From positions 232-64,231 of the forward strand of contig CBDDRX010000041.1 of assembly GCA_965233165.1 (NCBI GenBank): a stretch of DNA of 64,000 nt. The letters are read 5' to 3'. This stretch comes from an uncultured bacterium (GTDB lineage Bacteria > Pseudomonadota > Gammaproteobacteria > Burkholderiales > SG8-39). The translations under genes were made by a program, and so were the position numbers. Shown here piece after piece: positions 38,036 to 47,373 of this stretch (within the stretch, counting starts at the first letter, position 1; the number at the start of each line of letters is the position of its first letter). A model generated the notes under the pieces. It saw nothing but the letters and a program-made list of their open reading frames with translations, searched no databases and had not been told where the DNA came from.

Positions 38036-39101
38036 CGATGTAGGACATCTCGACTTTGCGCGCCTTCGCCGTCTCGGCGGTGCGGACTTCCGAGTACCGG
38101 TCGTCCCGCCGTTGCCAGACGGCCGCGATCTCGTCGCGCAGCCGCTCGTCGGAAGCGCCGCTGCGCACGAGCGACTTCAGGTCGTAGCCGTGCTGGCCGA
38201 ACAGGCAGGTGAAGAGCGAGCCTTCGGTCGAGAGCCGCATCCGCGTGCAGGTCGCGCAGAATGCCTGGGTCACGGACGAGATCACGCCGATCTCCCCGGC
38301 GCCGTCCTTGTAGCGCCAGCGTTGCGCGACTTCCCCCGTGTAGCCGGGATCGACCGGCTCGAGCGGCCAGCGCTCGGCGATCCGCCGCACGACCTCGGCA
38401 GAGGGCACCACGTCGTCCATGCGCCAGCCGTTGGTGCTGCCGACGTCCATGTACTCGATGAACCGGACGATGTGTCCGGTGCCTTTCCACCGCTCCGCCA
38501 TCCGCACGACTTCCGCGTCGTTCACGCCGCGCTTGACCACCATGTTGATCTTCACGGGACCGAGGCCTTCGGCGGCGGCGGTCCGGATGGCTTCGACGAC
38601 CTTGGCGACCGGATAGTCGGCGTCGTTCATTGCGCGGAAGGTGCGGTCGTCGAGCGAATCGAGGCTCACGGTCAGGCGGTCGAGCCCCGCGCTCTTGAGC
38701 GCCTTCGCCTGCTTTGCCAGCAGCGAGCCGTTGGTCGTGAGTGTAAGTTCTACATCGAGCGCGGCGAGCATCCCGACCAGGCGCGGCAAGTCGCGCCGCA
38801 CGAGCGGCTCGCCGCCGGTGAGGCGGATCTTCCGCACGCCGAGCCCGACGAAGACGCGCGCGAGGCGCGCGATCTCCTCGAACGTCAGGATCGCGTCGTG
38901 CGGCAGGTACTGGTGATCGGCGTCGAAGACCTCGCGCGGCATGCAATACACGCAGCGGAAGTTGCACCGGTCGGTGACGGAGATGCGCAGGTCCCGCATC
39001 GGCCGCCCGCGCACGTCCGCAAGCGCGTCGCCCGCGAACCGCGGCGCCGGAGCGCGCGGCGTCTGCGGCGCCACGCCGATGGGAATGACCTTGTTCGCCA
39101 T
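38028..39101 (-). CDS. moaA: GTP 3',8-cyclase (radical SAM)
   Basis: 357 aa. Motifs: [10 protein letters not shown], the C-terminal [10 protein letters not shown] cluster, and a GG terminus. Confidence 0.92.
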   Translation of the reverse strand: MANKVIPIGVAPQTPRAPAPRFAGDALADVRGRPMRDLRISVTDRCNFRCVYCMPREVFDADHQYLPHDAILTFEEIARLARVFVGLGVRKIRLTGGEPLVRRDLPRLVGMLAALDVELTLTTNGSLLAKQAKALKSAGLDRLTVSLDSLDDRTFRAMNDADYPVAKVVEAIRTAAAEGLGPVKINMVVKRGVNDAEVVRMAERWKGTGHIVRFIEYMDVGSTNGWRMDDVVPSAEVVRRIAERWPLEPVDPGYTGEVAQRWRYKDGAGEIGVISSVTQAFCATCTRMRLSTEGSLFTCLFGQHGYDLKSLVRSGASDERLRDEIAAVWQRRDDRYSEVRTAETAKARKVEMSYIGG

Positions 39102-39151
39102 GATGTTTTCTCTGAAAAATCATAGCGCAAAGCCCGCCGGACGGCGCGCGT

Positions 39152-39451
39152 TTACTTGCTTGGCGTGGTGTCCGAGGCCTTCGGCCCGGCGCCGTCGCCT
39201 TTCTGCTGGAAGTCCTGGCGCTGCTCGTTCTCCTTCGAGTCGACCTGTCCTTCGATGGGACTGGTGCCTTGACGCCGCTCCTGCGTAGAGGGCGCGGGAA
39301 GATTCGCCGGCGTGGAAGGCGTCTGCGAAGCGCCGGCGGAGGAGGCATCGGGCGCCTTCGCGCCGGCGCGCGAATCGGCAGCCTTGTCGCAGGCGGACAG
39401 CGCCGCGAGCGCTGCGGCGACGAAGAGAGTTCTCGATAGCATTTTTTGCAC
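39152..39451 (-). CDS. small low-complexity lipoprotein
   Basis: 99 aa. Lipobox AALSAC after a signal peptide. The remainder is Ala/Pro/Ser/Gln-rich. Confidence 0.6.
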   Translation of the reverse strand: MQKMLSRTLFVAAALAALSACDKAADSRAGAKAPDASSAGASQTPSTPANLPAPSTQERRQGTSPIEGQVDSKENEQRQDFQQKGDGAGPKASDTTPSK

Positions 39452-39537
39452 TCCGTGGATGAGGTTCCCGACAGCGCTGCAAAGGGCGCGCCTACCGGCC
39501 GGTGCATGGTCCGAACGGGGGTATAGTCACGCCCGAC

Positions 39538-40023
39538 ATGGAAGCCGCGCACAGACCGGAGAAGCCCGTGTTTCCCGTCGCCGTCGTCATGCAGCGGCGG
39601 ACGGCGCGCAGCCGCTGGGTCGATTTCGTATGGGAGCCGCTGCGCATCGCCACCGGCCCGGACGCCGAGGGAAGCGTGCCACGGCCGCTCGAGAGCGACG
39701 CCGACACCGTGCTCTGGATGTACCCGGGAATGCGCATCGTCCTGCACAGGGACGAGGCGGAAGGCTACTACCTGAACTGCTCCGCGCCCGAGCCGAAGGT
39801 CTTCGTCCTCTGGCGGATGGACGAAGAGCGCGCGCTGCCGCTCGACGTGACCGCAAGCTCCGAGGAAGCGGGCCGGTGGCTGGACGGCGGCCATTCCGTG
39901 GACGGCGTGCCCATGACGCAGGAGGTGTTCGCCTGGGTCGGCGAGTACGTGGAGAAGAACTACAAGCCGCAGCCGAAGAAGCGGATCAAGCCGCGCTCCT
40001 TCCTCCCGCGGGAGCGGAGGTGA
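39538..40023 (+). CDS. DUF3305-like protein
   Basis: About 161 aa (ATG 39538; GTG 39502 alternative). Sequence recalled as DUF3305 (VVMQRR...RWVDFVWEP...HRDEAEGYYLN). It sits upstream of the DUF3306/ferredoxin/FDH genes. Confidence 0.68.
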   Translation: MEAAHRPEKPVFPVAVVMQRRTARSRWVDFVWEPLRIATGPDAEGSVPRPLESDADTVLWMYPGMRIVLHRDEAEGYYLNCSAPEPKVFVLWRMDEERALPLDVTASSEEAGRWLDGGHSVDGVPMTQEVFAWVGEYVEKNYKPQPKKRIKPRSFLPRERR

Positions 40024-40499
40024 CGGTGGCGAGCGACAACGAGACCTTCCTCGGGCGCTGGTCGCGGCTGAAGCGCGAGGAGGAGAAGAAGCTTCCCGAA
40101 AACAAAGGGCAGGAAACCGCGGCGGCGGACCAGAAGGAAGCGGAAGCGCCGCCGCCGCTGCCGCCGATGGAGAGCCTGACGCCGCAATCGGATTTCAGCG
40201 CGTTCATGCACCCCAAGGTCGGCGATGCGCTGCGCCGGGTCGCCCTGAAGAAGCTCTTCGCCGACCCGCACTTCAACGTCGAGGACCTGAACGAGGCGTA
40301 CTCGGGCGACTGGACCGGCGGGGAGCCGATCACCGAAGCGATGCTCAAGCAGCTGAACCAGGCCCGGACGCACCTCTTCTCGGACGAGGAGAGGAAGAAG
40401 CTCGAGGACGCGGAGGCGCAAGCCGCCGCGGCGAGCGAGCCGGCGCCGCAAGCAAAACCAGAATTGGAACCGGATGAGCCTGGAAGGAAAGACACTTAA
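40020..40499 (+). CDS. DUF3306-like protein
   Basis: 159 aa. GTG 40020 overlaps the DUF3305 stop (GTGA). N-terminal FLGRWSRLKRE, an acidic/Ala-rich middle, and a conserved FADPHFNVEDLNEYSGDW-like block. Confidence 0.65.
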   Translation: MTVASDNETFLGRWSRLKREEEKKLPENKGQETAAADQKEAEAPPPLPPMESLTPQSDFSAFMHPKVGDALRRVALKKLFADPHFNVEDLNEAYSGDWTGGEPITEAMLKQLNQARTHLFSDEERKKLEDAEAQAAAASEPAPQAKPELEPDEPGRKDT

Positions 40500-42531
40500 A
40501 GTCTGCAGCTGCAACCATACGGTTGCACTGGATGCAAAGGCCCTCGCGGCGGCGCTCAAGAGCGGCGCCCCGCTGACCGTGCACCACGAGCTGTGCCGCA
40601 AGGACGCCGGCGCGTTCCAGGCCGCGCTCGGAGACGCCGACGTGATCGTCGCCTGCACCCAGGAGGCTGCGCTCTTCGGCGAGCTCGCCGATGCCGCAGG
40701 CTCGAAAGCGACCCTGAAGTTCGTCAACGTGCGCGAGGCCGGCGGCTGGTCCGCCGATCCGGCCGCGTCCACGCCCAAGCTCGCCGCGCTGGTCGCGATG
40801 GCCGCGCTGCCCGAGGCGCCGCCCGCGCCGGCGGTCGCGTTCAAGTCCTCGGGCCAGGTGCTGGTGATCGGCCCCGGCGCGGCGGCGCTCGACTGGGCCG
40901 AGCGGCTGTCCGGCCAGCTCTCGGTGTCGGTGCTGCTGACCTCCGGGGGCGGAGAGCTGCCCTACGAGCGCGGCTACCCGGTGTGGTCGGGCGAAGTGAC
41001 CGGTCTTTCGGGCTGGCTGGGCGCCTTCGAGGTCGAGTGGCGGCAAAAGAACCCGATCGACCTGGAGCTGTGCACGCGCTGCAATGCGTGCGTGCGCGCC
41101 TGCCCGGAGGATGCGATCGACTTCAGCTACCAGATCGATCTCGCGAAGTGCAAGGCGCACCGTTCCTGCGTAAAGGCCTGCGGGGCGATCGGCGCGATCG
41201 ATTTCTCGCGCGCCGACACGCTGCGCAAGGAGCCGTTCGATCTCGTCCTCGACCTGTCGCGCGAGCCGCTGATCCGCGGCCGGCAGGCGCCGCAAGGTTA
41301 CTTTGCGCCGGGCGACGACCCGCTCGAGCAGGCGCTCGCGGCGCAGGCCGTGGCCGCGCTCGTCGGCGAATTCGAGAAGCCGCGCTTCTTCCACTACAAC
41401 GCGAAGATCTGCGCGCACAGCCGCTCGGGACGCTCGGGCTGCAACGCCTGCATCGACGTCTGCTCGACCGGCGCGATCCAGCCGGATGGCGACCACGTGC
41501 GCGTCGAGCCGCATCTGTGCGCCGGCTGCGGCGGCTGCGCGACGGTCTGCCCGTCGGGCGCGATGACTTACGCGTATCCCAAGTCGCCGGACCTGGGACT
41601 GCGCCTGAAGACGCTGCTGGCCACGTACCGCGAGGCGGGCGGCCGGGATGCCTGCCTGCTCTTTCACGATGCAGGGGAGGGGCGCAAGGCGCTGCTCTCG
41701 CTCGCGCGGAAGGGCAAAGGCCTGCCTGCGCGCGTCATCCCCGTCGAGGTTTTCCATGTGGCGTCGGTGGGGATGGACACGCTGCTCGGCGCCCTCTCCT
41801 ATGGTGCAAGCCAGGTCGCCATTCTCTCCACCGAGAAGGTGGCCTCCGGATACATGGAAGCGACCGATCGGCAGATGAAGCACGCGCAGACGATCGTCTC
41901 GGCGCTCGGCTACCCGGGAACGCACTTCTGCGTGCTGGACGCCGCCGAGAACGTCTGGAAGATCCAGCCCGCGGGATCGGTCGAGAAGCCGGCCGGCTTC
42001 AATTTCTCCGCCGAGAAGCGCACGACGCTCGACTTCGCGCTCGACCACCTGGCGCGCCACGCGCCGCAGAAAATGGAGCTGATCCCGCTTTCGGCCGGCG
42101 CTCCGTTCGGGGCGCTCGCGATCGACAAGGCCGCCTGCACGCTGTGCAAGGCGTGCATCGGCGCCTGTCCGGAATCCGCGCTGATCGACGCGACCGAGAC
42201 GCCGGCGCTGCGCTTCATTGAGCGCAACTGCGTGCAGTGCGGGCTGTGCGAGGACACCTGCCCCGAGGACGCGATCACCCTCGTGCCGCGCCTTCTGCTC
42301 GGGCCGCGGGCGAAGGAGGCGGTGACCCTCAACGAAGCCGAGCCTTTCAATTGCGTCCGCTGCGCCAAGCCGTTCGGAACGCGGCAGATGGTGGAGAACA
42401 TGATGGGCAAGCTCGGCGCGCACTCGATGTTCGCCGGCGGCATCCGCCGGCTCCAGATGTGCGGCGACTGCCGGGTCGTCGACATGATGGAGAACAAGGG
42501 CGAGGCGACGATCTTCGACTACAAGAAATGA
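40474..42531 (+). CDS. multi-cluster 4Fe-4S ferredoxin-domain protein (685 aa)
   Basis: At least six CxxCxxCxxxCP-type motifs: CTRCNACVRACP, CNACIDVCS, CAGCGGCATVCP, CTLCKACIGACP, CVQCGLCEDTCP. A C-terminal Cys pair (CVRC...CGDC). 26-nt overlap with the DUF3306 gene. Confidence 0.8.
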   Translation: MSLEGKTLKVCSCNHTVALDAKALAAALKSGAPLTVHHELCRKDAGAFQAALGDADVIVACTQEAALFGELADAAGSKATLKFVNVREAGGWSADPAASTPKLAALVAMAALPEAPPAPAVAFKSSGQVLVIGPGAAALDWAERLSGQLSVSVLLTSGGGELPYERGYPVWSGEVTGLSGWLGAFEVEWRQKNPIDLELCTRCNACVRACPEDAIDFSYQIDLAKCKAHRSCVKACGAIGAIDFSRADTLRKEPFDLVLDLSREPLIRGRQAPQGYFAPGDDPLEQALAAQAVAALVGEFEKPRFFHYNAKICAHSRSGRSGCNACIDVCSTGAIQPDGDHVRVEPHLCAGCGGCATVCPSGAMTYAYPKSPDLGLRLKTLLATYREAGGRDACLLFHDAGEGRKALLSLARKGKGLPARVIPVEVFHVASVGMDTLLGALSYGASQVAILSTEKVASGYMEATDRQMKHAQTIVSALGYPGTHFCVLDAAENVWKIQPAGSVEKPAGFNFSAEKRTTLDFALDHLARHAPQKMELIPLSAGAPFGALAIDKAACTLCKACIGACPESALIDATETPALRFIERNCVQCGLCEDTCPEDAITLVPRLLLGPRAKEAVTLNEAEPFNCVRCAKPFGTRQMVENMMGKLGAHSMFAGGIRRLQMCGDCRVVDMMENKGEATIFDYKK

Positions 42532-43145
42532 CGGAAGCCGTGCCTCTGCAGTTCAGTCCGACGCTTGCACCCGAGGAAGCCGCGCGGGCGAACTTGTACG
42601 GACTGCTGGCCCGGCTTTTCTATGCGCCGCCGGACGCCGCGCTCCTCGACGCCATCGCCTCCGCGGAGGTTCCGGAGAGCGAGGACGTCGACGGCGGCAT
42701 CGATGACGCGTGGAAGGCGCTCGCGCTGGCCGCGACGGAGGCGGATCCGGAGGCGGTCCGCGAGGAGTACGAGACGGCTTTCATCAGCACTGGAAAGGCG
42801 CCCGTGTCCCTGTATACGTGCGCCTACACCATCCGGTTTTCCAACGAAGTGCCGCTCGTTGCCCTGCGCAGTGAGCTTTCCGCCCTGGGCCTCGGGCGGC
42901 GCGAAGAGGTCGCCGAACCGGAGGATCACATCGCCGCGCTGTGCGATGTGATGCGCCATCTTGTTGCGGAGCAGAAGCGCGATCTCACGGAACAGAAACG
43001 ATTCTTCGAGACGTGGCTCTTCCCCGCCGTGGAGCCGTTGTGCAGCGCAATAGAGCGATCGGAGACGACGCACTTCTACCAACGCGTTGGACGGTTCGCT
43101 AAGCAGTTCTTTTCTATTGAGCATTCCGCGTTTGAAATGCTCTAG
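42528..43145 (+). CDS. TorD/DmsD-family redox-enzyme maturation chaperone-like protein
   Basis: 205 aa. The ATG overlaps the upstream stop (ATGA). Motifs typical of TorD-like chaperones: NLYGLLARLFYAPPD and EPEDHIAALCDVM. Confidence 0.72.
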   Translation: MTEAVPLQFSPTLAPEEAARANLYGLLARLFYAPPDAALLDAIASAEVPESEDVDGGIDDAWKALALAATEADPEAVREEYETAFISTGKAPVSLYTCAYTIRFSNEVPLVALRSELSALGLGRREEVAEPEDHIAALCDVMRHLVAEQKRDLTEQKRFFETWLFPAVEPLCSAIERSETTHFYQRVGRFAKQFFSIEHSAFEML

Positions 43146-43195
43146 AATCGTGCACGAACAGTGGTTCTCACGACAGTCTCACCGATGTTTACGGA

Positions 43196-43216
43196 CACCC
43201 CGGGCTAGCCGGGGTG
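43196..43216 (+). other. GC-rich hairpin in the TorD-like / Tat-target intergenic region
   Basis: CACCCCGG-GCTAG-CCGGGGTG forms an 8-bp stem with no trailing T-tract. It lies 20 nt upstream of the ATG of the small Tat-target gene. Confidence 0.35.
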
Positions 43217-43236
43217 ATTAGAACGAGGAGGCAGCG

Positions 43237-43434
43237 ATGAGCGAGCGTACGAAGCGTCTTTCCAGGCGCAATTTCCTTTTGGCGGTCGGAGCCGGAGGCG
43301 CTGCCACCGCGGCGGCCGTCGTCGCCGTGAACGCCGGCCCCAAGACTTCGGCTCAGGATGGCGGCAAGCGCGGCACGCGCGGCTACCACACGTCCGAGCA
43401 CATCAACAACTACTACCGCACCACCAAGGTTTGA
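43237..43434 (+). CDS. small twin-arginine signal protein of the 'formate dehydrogenase region TAT target' type
   Basis: 65 aa. GAGGAGG SD. RRNFLLAVGAGGAATAAAV Tat signal and C-terminal YHTSEHINNYYRTTKV. Immediately upstream of fdhA. Confidence 0.75.
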   Translation: MSERTKRLSRRNFLLAVGAGGAATAAAVVAVNAGPKTSAQDGGKRGTRGYHTSEHINNYYRTTKV

Positions 43435-43444
43435 GGAGCTCGCC

Positions 43445-46423
43445 ATGCTTCTGACCCGCAAAGCATCCAGCCCTGCGGCCGACGCGTCGCGCCTGCAGTC
43501 GCGACTCGCGCGCGGCCTCTCCGGCGTGCTCGCCAAGACGATGGACCGCCGCAGCTTCCTGAAGCGCTCGGGCGTCACGCTCGGCGCCGGCGCCGTGGCT
43601 TCGCAGCTGCCCTTCAGCATGATCGGCACCGCCGAGGCGAAGGACGAGGCCGCCGGCAAGATCGAAGTCAAGCGCACCGTCTGCACGCACTGCTCCGTCG
43701 GCTGCGCGATCGACGCGGTGGTGCAGAACGGCGTCTGGGTGCGCCAGGAGCCGGTGTTCGACTCGCCGCTCAACCTCGGCGCGCACTGCGCGAAGGGCGC
43801 GTCGATCCGCGAGCACGGCATCCTCCACGACTCGCACCGCCTGAAGTACCCGATGAAGCTCGAGAACGGGAAATGGAAGCGCGTTTCCTGGGACCAGGCG
43901 TACGACGAGATCTCCAAGAAGATGCTCGACATCCGCAAGCAGAGCGGGCCGGATTCGCTGTTCGTCGTCGGTTCTTCGAAGCACAACAACGAGCAGGCAG
44001 AGCTGCTGTGCAAGTGGGTCCGCCTCTGGGGTACGAACAACACCGACCACCAGGCGCGCATCTGCCACTCCACCACGGTCGCGGGCGTCGCCCAGACCTG
44101 GGGCTACGGGGCGATGACCAACTCGTACAACGACGAGCAGAACGCCAAGTCGATGCTGTTCCTCGGCTCGAATGCCGCCGAGGCGCACCCGGTCTCGATG
44201 CTGCACACGCTGCACGCGAAGGAGAACGGCGCCAAGGTCATCGTCGCTGATCCGCGCTTCACGCGGACCGCGGCGAAGGCCGACAAGTACGTCCGGTTCC
44301 GCTCCGGCACGGACGTCCCGCTGCTCTTCGGCGTCCTCCACGTGATCTTCAAGGACGGCTGGGAGGACAAGGAGTACCTCCGCACGCGCGTCCATGGCAT
44401 GGACGCCGTGAAGAAGGAAGTGCTCGAGAAGTGGGCGCCGGAGGAGGCCTCGCGCGTGACGGGCACGCCGGTCGAGGACATCCAGTACATCGCCAAGACG
44501 CTGGCCGAGAACCGCCCGGGCTTCATCATCTGGGCGATGGGCCAGACGCAGCACAACAACGCCAACGGCATCGTCCGCGCCTCCAACATCCTGATGCTGG
44601 CCCTCGGTAACGTCGGGCGCTCGGGCGGCGGCTGCAACATCTATCGCGGCCACGACAACGTGCAAGGCGCGACGGACATCGGTCCCAACCCCGATACGCT
44701 CCCCGGCTACTACCCGGTCGCCGTGCCCGGCTCGTGGGCGCACTGGGCCAACGTCTGGAACGTCGATCTCGGCTGGCTGAAGAAGCAGTACGCCTCCGAA
44801 GCGATGATGGCGAAGCCCGGGATGACGGTCTCCCGCTGGATCGACGGCGTCACGGAGAAGAACGAGGCGGTCGACCAGGACCCGAACCTGAAGGCGATCA
44901 TCTTCTGGGGCCACGCGCCGAACAGCCAGTCGCGCGGCTCGGAGATGATCGAGGCGATGAAGAAGCTCGAGCTGATGGTGGTCATCGATCCGTATCCTTC
45001 GGCGAGTGCGGCGATGTTCGCCAAGGTCCGCAAGGACGGTGCATACCTCCTGCCGGCGGCCACGCAGCTCGAGTGCGAAGGCTCGGTCACCGCGTCGAAC
45101 CGCTCTATCCAGTGGCGCGAGAAGGTGATCGACCCGGTCTTCGAGTCCCGCACCGATCACATGATCATGTACCAGATGGCGGTCAAGCTCGGCTTCGGCG
45201 ACCAGTTCCTCGGCAAGAAGGACGGCAAGCAGAACCTGCGCCTGGTAAAGGGCAAGGGCGGCGAGGAGCCGATGATCGAAGACGTGACGCGCAACGAGAC
45301 CAACAAGGGCGCGTGGACGATCGGCTATACGGGCCAGTCGCCCGAGCGCATCCAGGCCCATATGCGCAACATGCACGTCTTTGACGTGAAGACGCTGCGC
45401 GCGAAGGGCGGCAAGGACGCGAAGACGGGCTATGACCTGACCGGCGACTACTTCGGCATGCCGTGGCCCTGCTACGGCAAGGCGGAGATCAAGCATCCCG
45501 GCACGCCGAACCTCTACGACACCTCCAAGCACATCATGGATGGCGGTCACACCTTCCGCGCGCTGTTCGGCGTCGAGAAGGACGGCGTCAACCTGCTCGC
45601 CGAGGACGGCGTCCACTCCAAGGGCAGCGAGATCACGACCGGTTACCCGCAATTCGACCACGTGCTGATGAAGAAGCTGGGCTGGTGGGACGAGCCCACC
45701 GATGCCGAGAAGGCAGCTGCCGAGGGCAAGACGTGGGCGAACGACCTGTCGGGCGGCATCCAGCGCGTGGTCATGAAGCACGGCTGCAGCCCGTTCGGCA
45801 ACGCCAAGGCCCGCGCGGTGGTGTGGAACTTCCCCGATGGCATTCCGCAGCACCGCGAGCCGCTGTTCAGCCCGCGTCCGGATCTCGTCGAGAAGTACCC
45901 GACCCACGACGACGTCAAGGTCCTGTGGCGCCTGCCGACCCTGTTCAAGTCGGTGCAGCAGCAGGCGGTGAAGGACGGCGTGGCGAAGAGCTTCCCGATC
46001 GTCCTCACGAGCGGCCGCCTGGTCGAGTACGAGGGCGGGGGCGAAGAGACCCGTTCCAACCCGTGGCTCGCCGAGCTGATGCAGGACAACTTCGTCGAGA
46101 TCAATCCGAAGACCGCGGCGGATCGCGGCATCCGGAATGGCGAATACGTGTGGGTCAGCACGCCCGGGAAGAATGGCGACGGCAGCAACGTGCGCCTGAA
46201 GGTCAAGGCGCTCGTCACCGAGCGCGTCGGCCCGGATCATGCCTTCATGCCGTTCCACTTCTCCGGCTGGTGGCAGGGCGAGGACATGCTGCCTTACTAC
46301 CCCGACGGAGCGGCGCCGATCGTGCGTGGCGAGGCGGTCAACACCGCCACGACCTACGGCTACGACCGAGTGACGATGATGCAGGAAACCAAGACCACGC
46401 TGTGCCAAGTGGCAAAGGCTTAA
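43445..46423 (+). CDS. fdhA: formate dehydrogenase (FDH-N/O type) catalytic subunit, Cys variant, Tat-exported
   Basis: 992 aa. ATG 43445 lies 5 nt after GAGGAG. Tat motif MDRRSFLKRSG at residue 33 (alternative start 43541). Fe-S CTHCSVGC. The active-site region ARICHSTTVAGV has Cys where Sec enzymes have U. No in-frame TGA. Confidence 0.92.
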   Translation: MLLTRKASSPAADASRLQSRLARGLSGVLAKTMDRRSFLKRSGVTLGAGAVASQLPFSMIGTAEAKDEAAGKIEVKRTVCTHCSVGCAIDAVVQNGVWVRQEPVFDSPLNLGAHCAKGASIREHGILHDSHRLKYPMKLENGKWKRVSWDQAYDEISKKMLDIRKQSGPDSLFVVGSSKHNNEQAELLCKWVRLWGTNNTDHQARICHSTTVAGVAQTWGYGAMTNSYNDEQNAKSMLFLGSNAAEAHPVSMLHTLHAKENGAKVIVADPRFTRTAAKADKYVRFRSGTDVPLLFGVLHVIFKDGWEDKEYLRTRVHGMDAVKKEVLEKWAPEEASRVTGTPVEDIQYIAKTLAENRPGFIIWAMGQTQHNNANGIVRASNILMLALGNVGRSGGGCNIYRGHDNVQGATDIGPNPDTLPGYYPVAVPGSWAHWANVWNVDLGWLKKQYASEAMMAKPGMTVSRWIDGVTEKNEAVDQDPNLKAIIFWGHAPNSQSRGSEMIEAMKKLELMVVIDPYPSASAAMFAKVRKDGAYLLPAATQLECEGSVTASNRSIQWREKVIDPVFESRTDHMIMYQMAVKLGFGDQFLGKKDGKQNLRLVKGKGGEEPMIEDVTRNETNKGAWTIGYTGQSPERIQAHMRNMHVFDVKTLRAKGGKDAKTGYDLTGDYFGMPWPCYGKAEIKHPGTPNLYDTSKHIMDGGHTFRALFGVEKDGVNLLAEDGVHSKGSEITTGYPQFDHVLMKKLGWWDEPTDAEKAAAEGKTWANDLSGGIQRVVMKHGCSPFGNAKARAVVWNFPDGIPQHREPLFSPRPDLVEKYPTHDDVKVLWRLPTLFKSVQQQAVKDGVAKSFPIVLTSGRLVEYEGGGEETRSNPWLAELMQDNFVEINPKTAADRGIRNGEYVWVSTPGKNGDGSNVRLKVKALVTERVGPDHAFMPFHFSGWWQGEDMLPYYPDGAAPIVRGEAVNTATTYGYDRVTMMQETKTTLCQVAKA

Positions 46424-46433
46424 GGAGAATCCC

Positions 46434-47063
46434 ATGGCGAGAATGAAATTCCTGTGCGACGCCGAGCGCTGCATCGAGTGCAATGGCTGCGTTACCGCCT
46501 GCAAGAACGAGAACGAGGTGCCCTGGGGGGTGAACCGGCGCCGCGTCGTCACGATCAACGACGGCGTGGTTGGAGCGGAGAAATCCGTTTCGGTCGCCTG
46601 CATGCACTGCTCGGACGCGCCCTGCATGGCGGTGTGCCCGGTCGACTGCTTCTACAAGACCGACGACGGCGTCGTGCTGCACGACAAGGACCTGTGCATC
46701 GGCTGCGGCTACTGCTTCTATGCGTGCCCATTCGGCGCGCCGCAGTTTCCGCAGGCGGGCGCCTTCGGCCTGCGCGGGAAGATGGACAAATGCACCTTCT
46801 GCGCCGGCGGCCCGGAAGCGGACCGCAGCGAGGCGGAGTTCAGCAAGTACGGGCGCAACCGCTTGGCCGAAGGCAAGCTCCCGGCCTGTGCAGAGATGTG
46901 CTCGACCAAGGCCTTGCTCGGCGGTGACGGCGACGTGATTGCCGACGTGTACCGCGAGCGCGTGCTTCGCCGCGGCAAGGGCTCCGAGGTCTGGGGCTGG
47001 GGCACGGCATACGGGCCCGGACGTCCGGGCGCGCAGCCTCCTGCACCGGCGCGCAAGTCATGA
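46434..47063 (+). CDS. fdhB: formate dehydrogenase iron-sulfur subunit
   Basis: 209 aa. AAGGAG SD. Four ferredoxin-type Cys clusters: CIECNGCVTACK, CMHCSDAPCMAVCP, CIGCGYCFYACP, CTFCAGG. Confidence 0.9.
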   Translation: MARMKFLCDAERCIECNGCVTACKNENEVPWGVNRRRVVTINDGVVGAEKSVSVACMHCSDAPCMAVCPVDCFYKTDDGVVLHDKDLCIGCGYCFYACPFGAPQFPQAGAFGLRGKMDKCTFCAGGPEADRSEAEFSKYGRNRLAEGKLPACAEMCSTKALLGGDGDVIADVYRERVLRRGKGSEVWGWGTAYGPGRPGAQPPAPARKS

Positions 47064-47317
47064 GAGCCCTTCTTTGCGCGGTGATCGCCCTAGGCCTTGC
47101 CGGGGGCTTGGCGGCGTGCGGGGAGCGCGACCAGGAGCCGCTCACGCAGTCCGGCGAGAAGCGTTACCAAGGCAAGCGCGACACCAAGCCGTGGGAAAAC
47201 GAGCCTCTCGCCGTCGCCGGCAGTGGCAAGTGGACCAAGGGCGACCGGGCGAGCTGGGAGACGCAGATCAAGGCGCGCCAGCTCGGGCAGCACGAAGACA
47301 AACGCATCTACCAGTAA
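47060..47317 (+). CDS. small lipoprotein inside the fdh operon
   Basis: 85 aa. The ATG overlaps the fdhB stop (ATGA). Lipobox GGLAAC. The mature part is charged. Confidence 0.6.
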   Translation: MRALLCAVIALGLAGGLAACGERDQEPLTQSGEKRYQGKRDTKPWENEPLAVAGSGKWTKGDRASWETQIKARQLGQHEDKRIYQ

Positions 47318-47373
47318 CGCACGGTAGGGCGGCCGGGGTTTGGTAAGCCTCGCGACCGGCTATAGGAGGACAG

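Noticed and set aside
39102-39537. Moco riboswitch upstream of moaA or of the lipoprotein-moaA-fdhD unit.
   Set aside because: The non-coding stretches are only about 50 and 86 nt, and I could not recognise the conserved Moco-motif elements by eye. A covariance-model scan would be needed to be sure.
43445-46423. Selenocysteine (in-frame TGA plus SECIS) in fdhA, given selD and selU nearby.
   Set aside because: The reading frame is uninterrupted and the active-site position is a Cys codon (ARICHSTTV), so there is no recoding event to explain.
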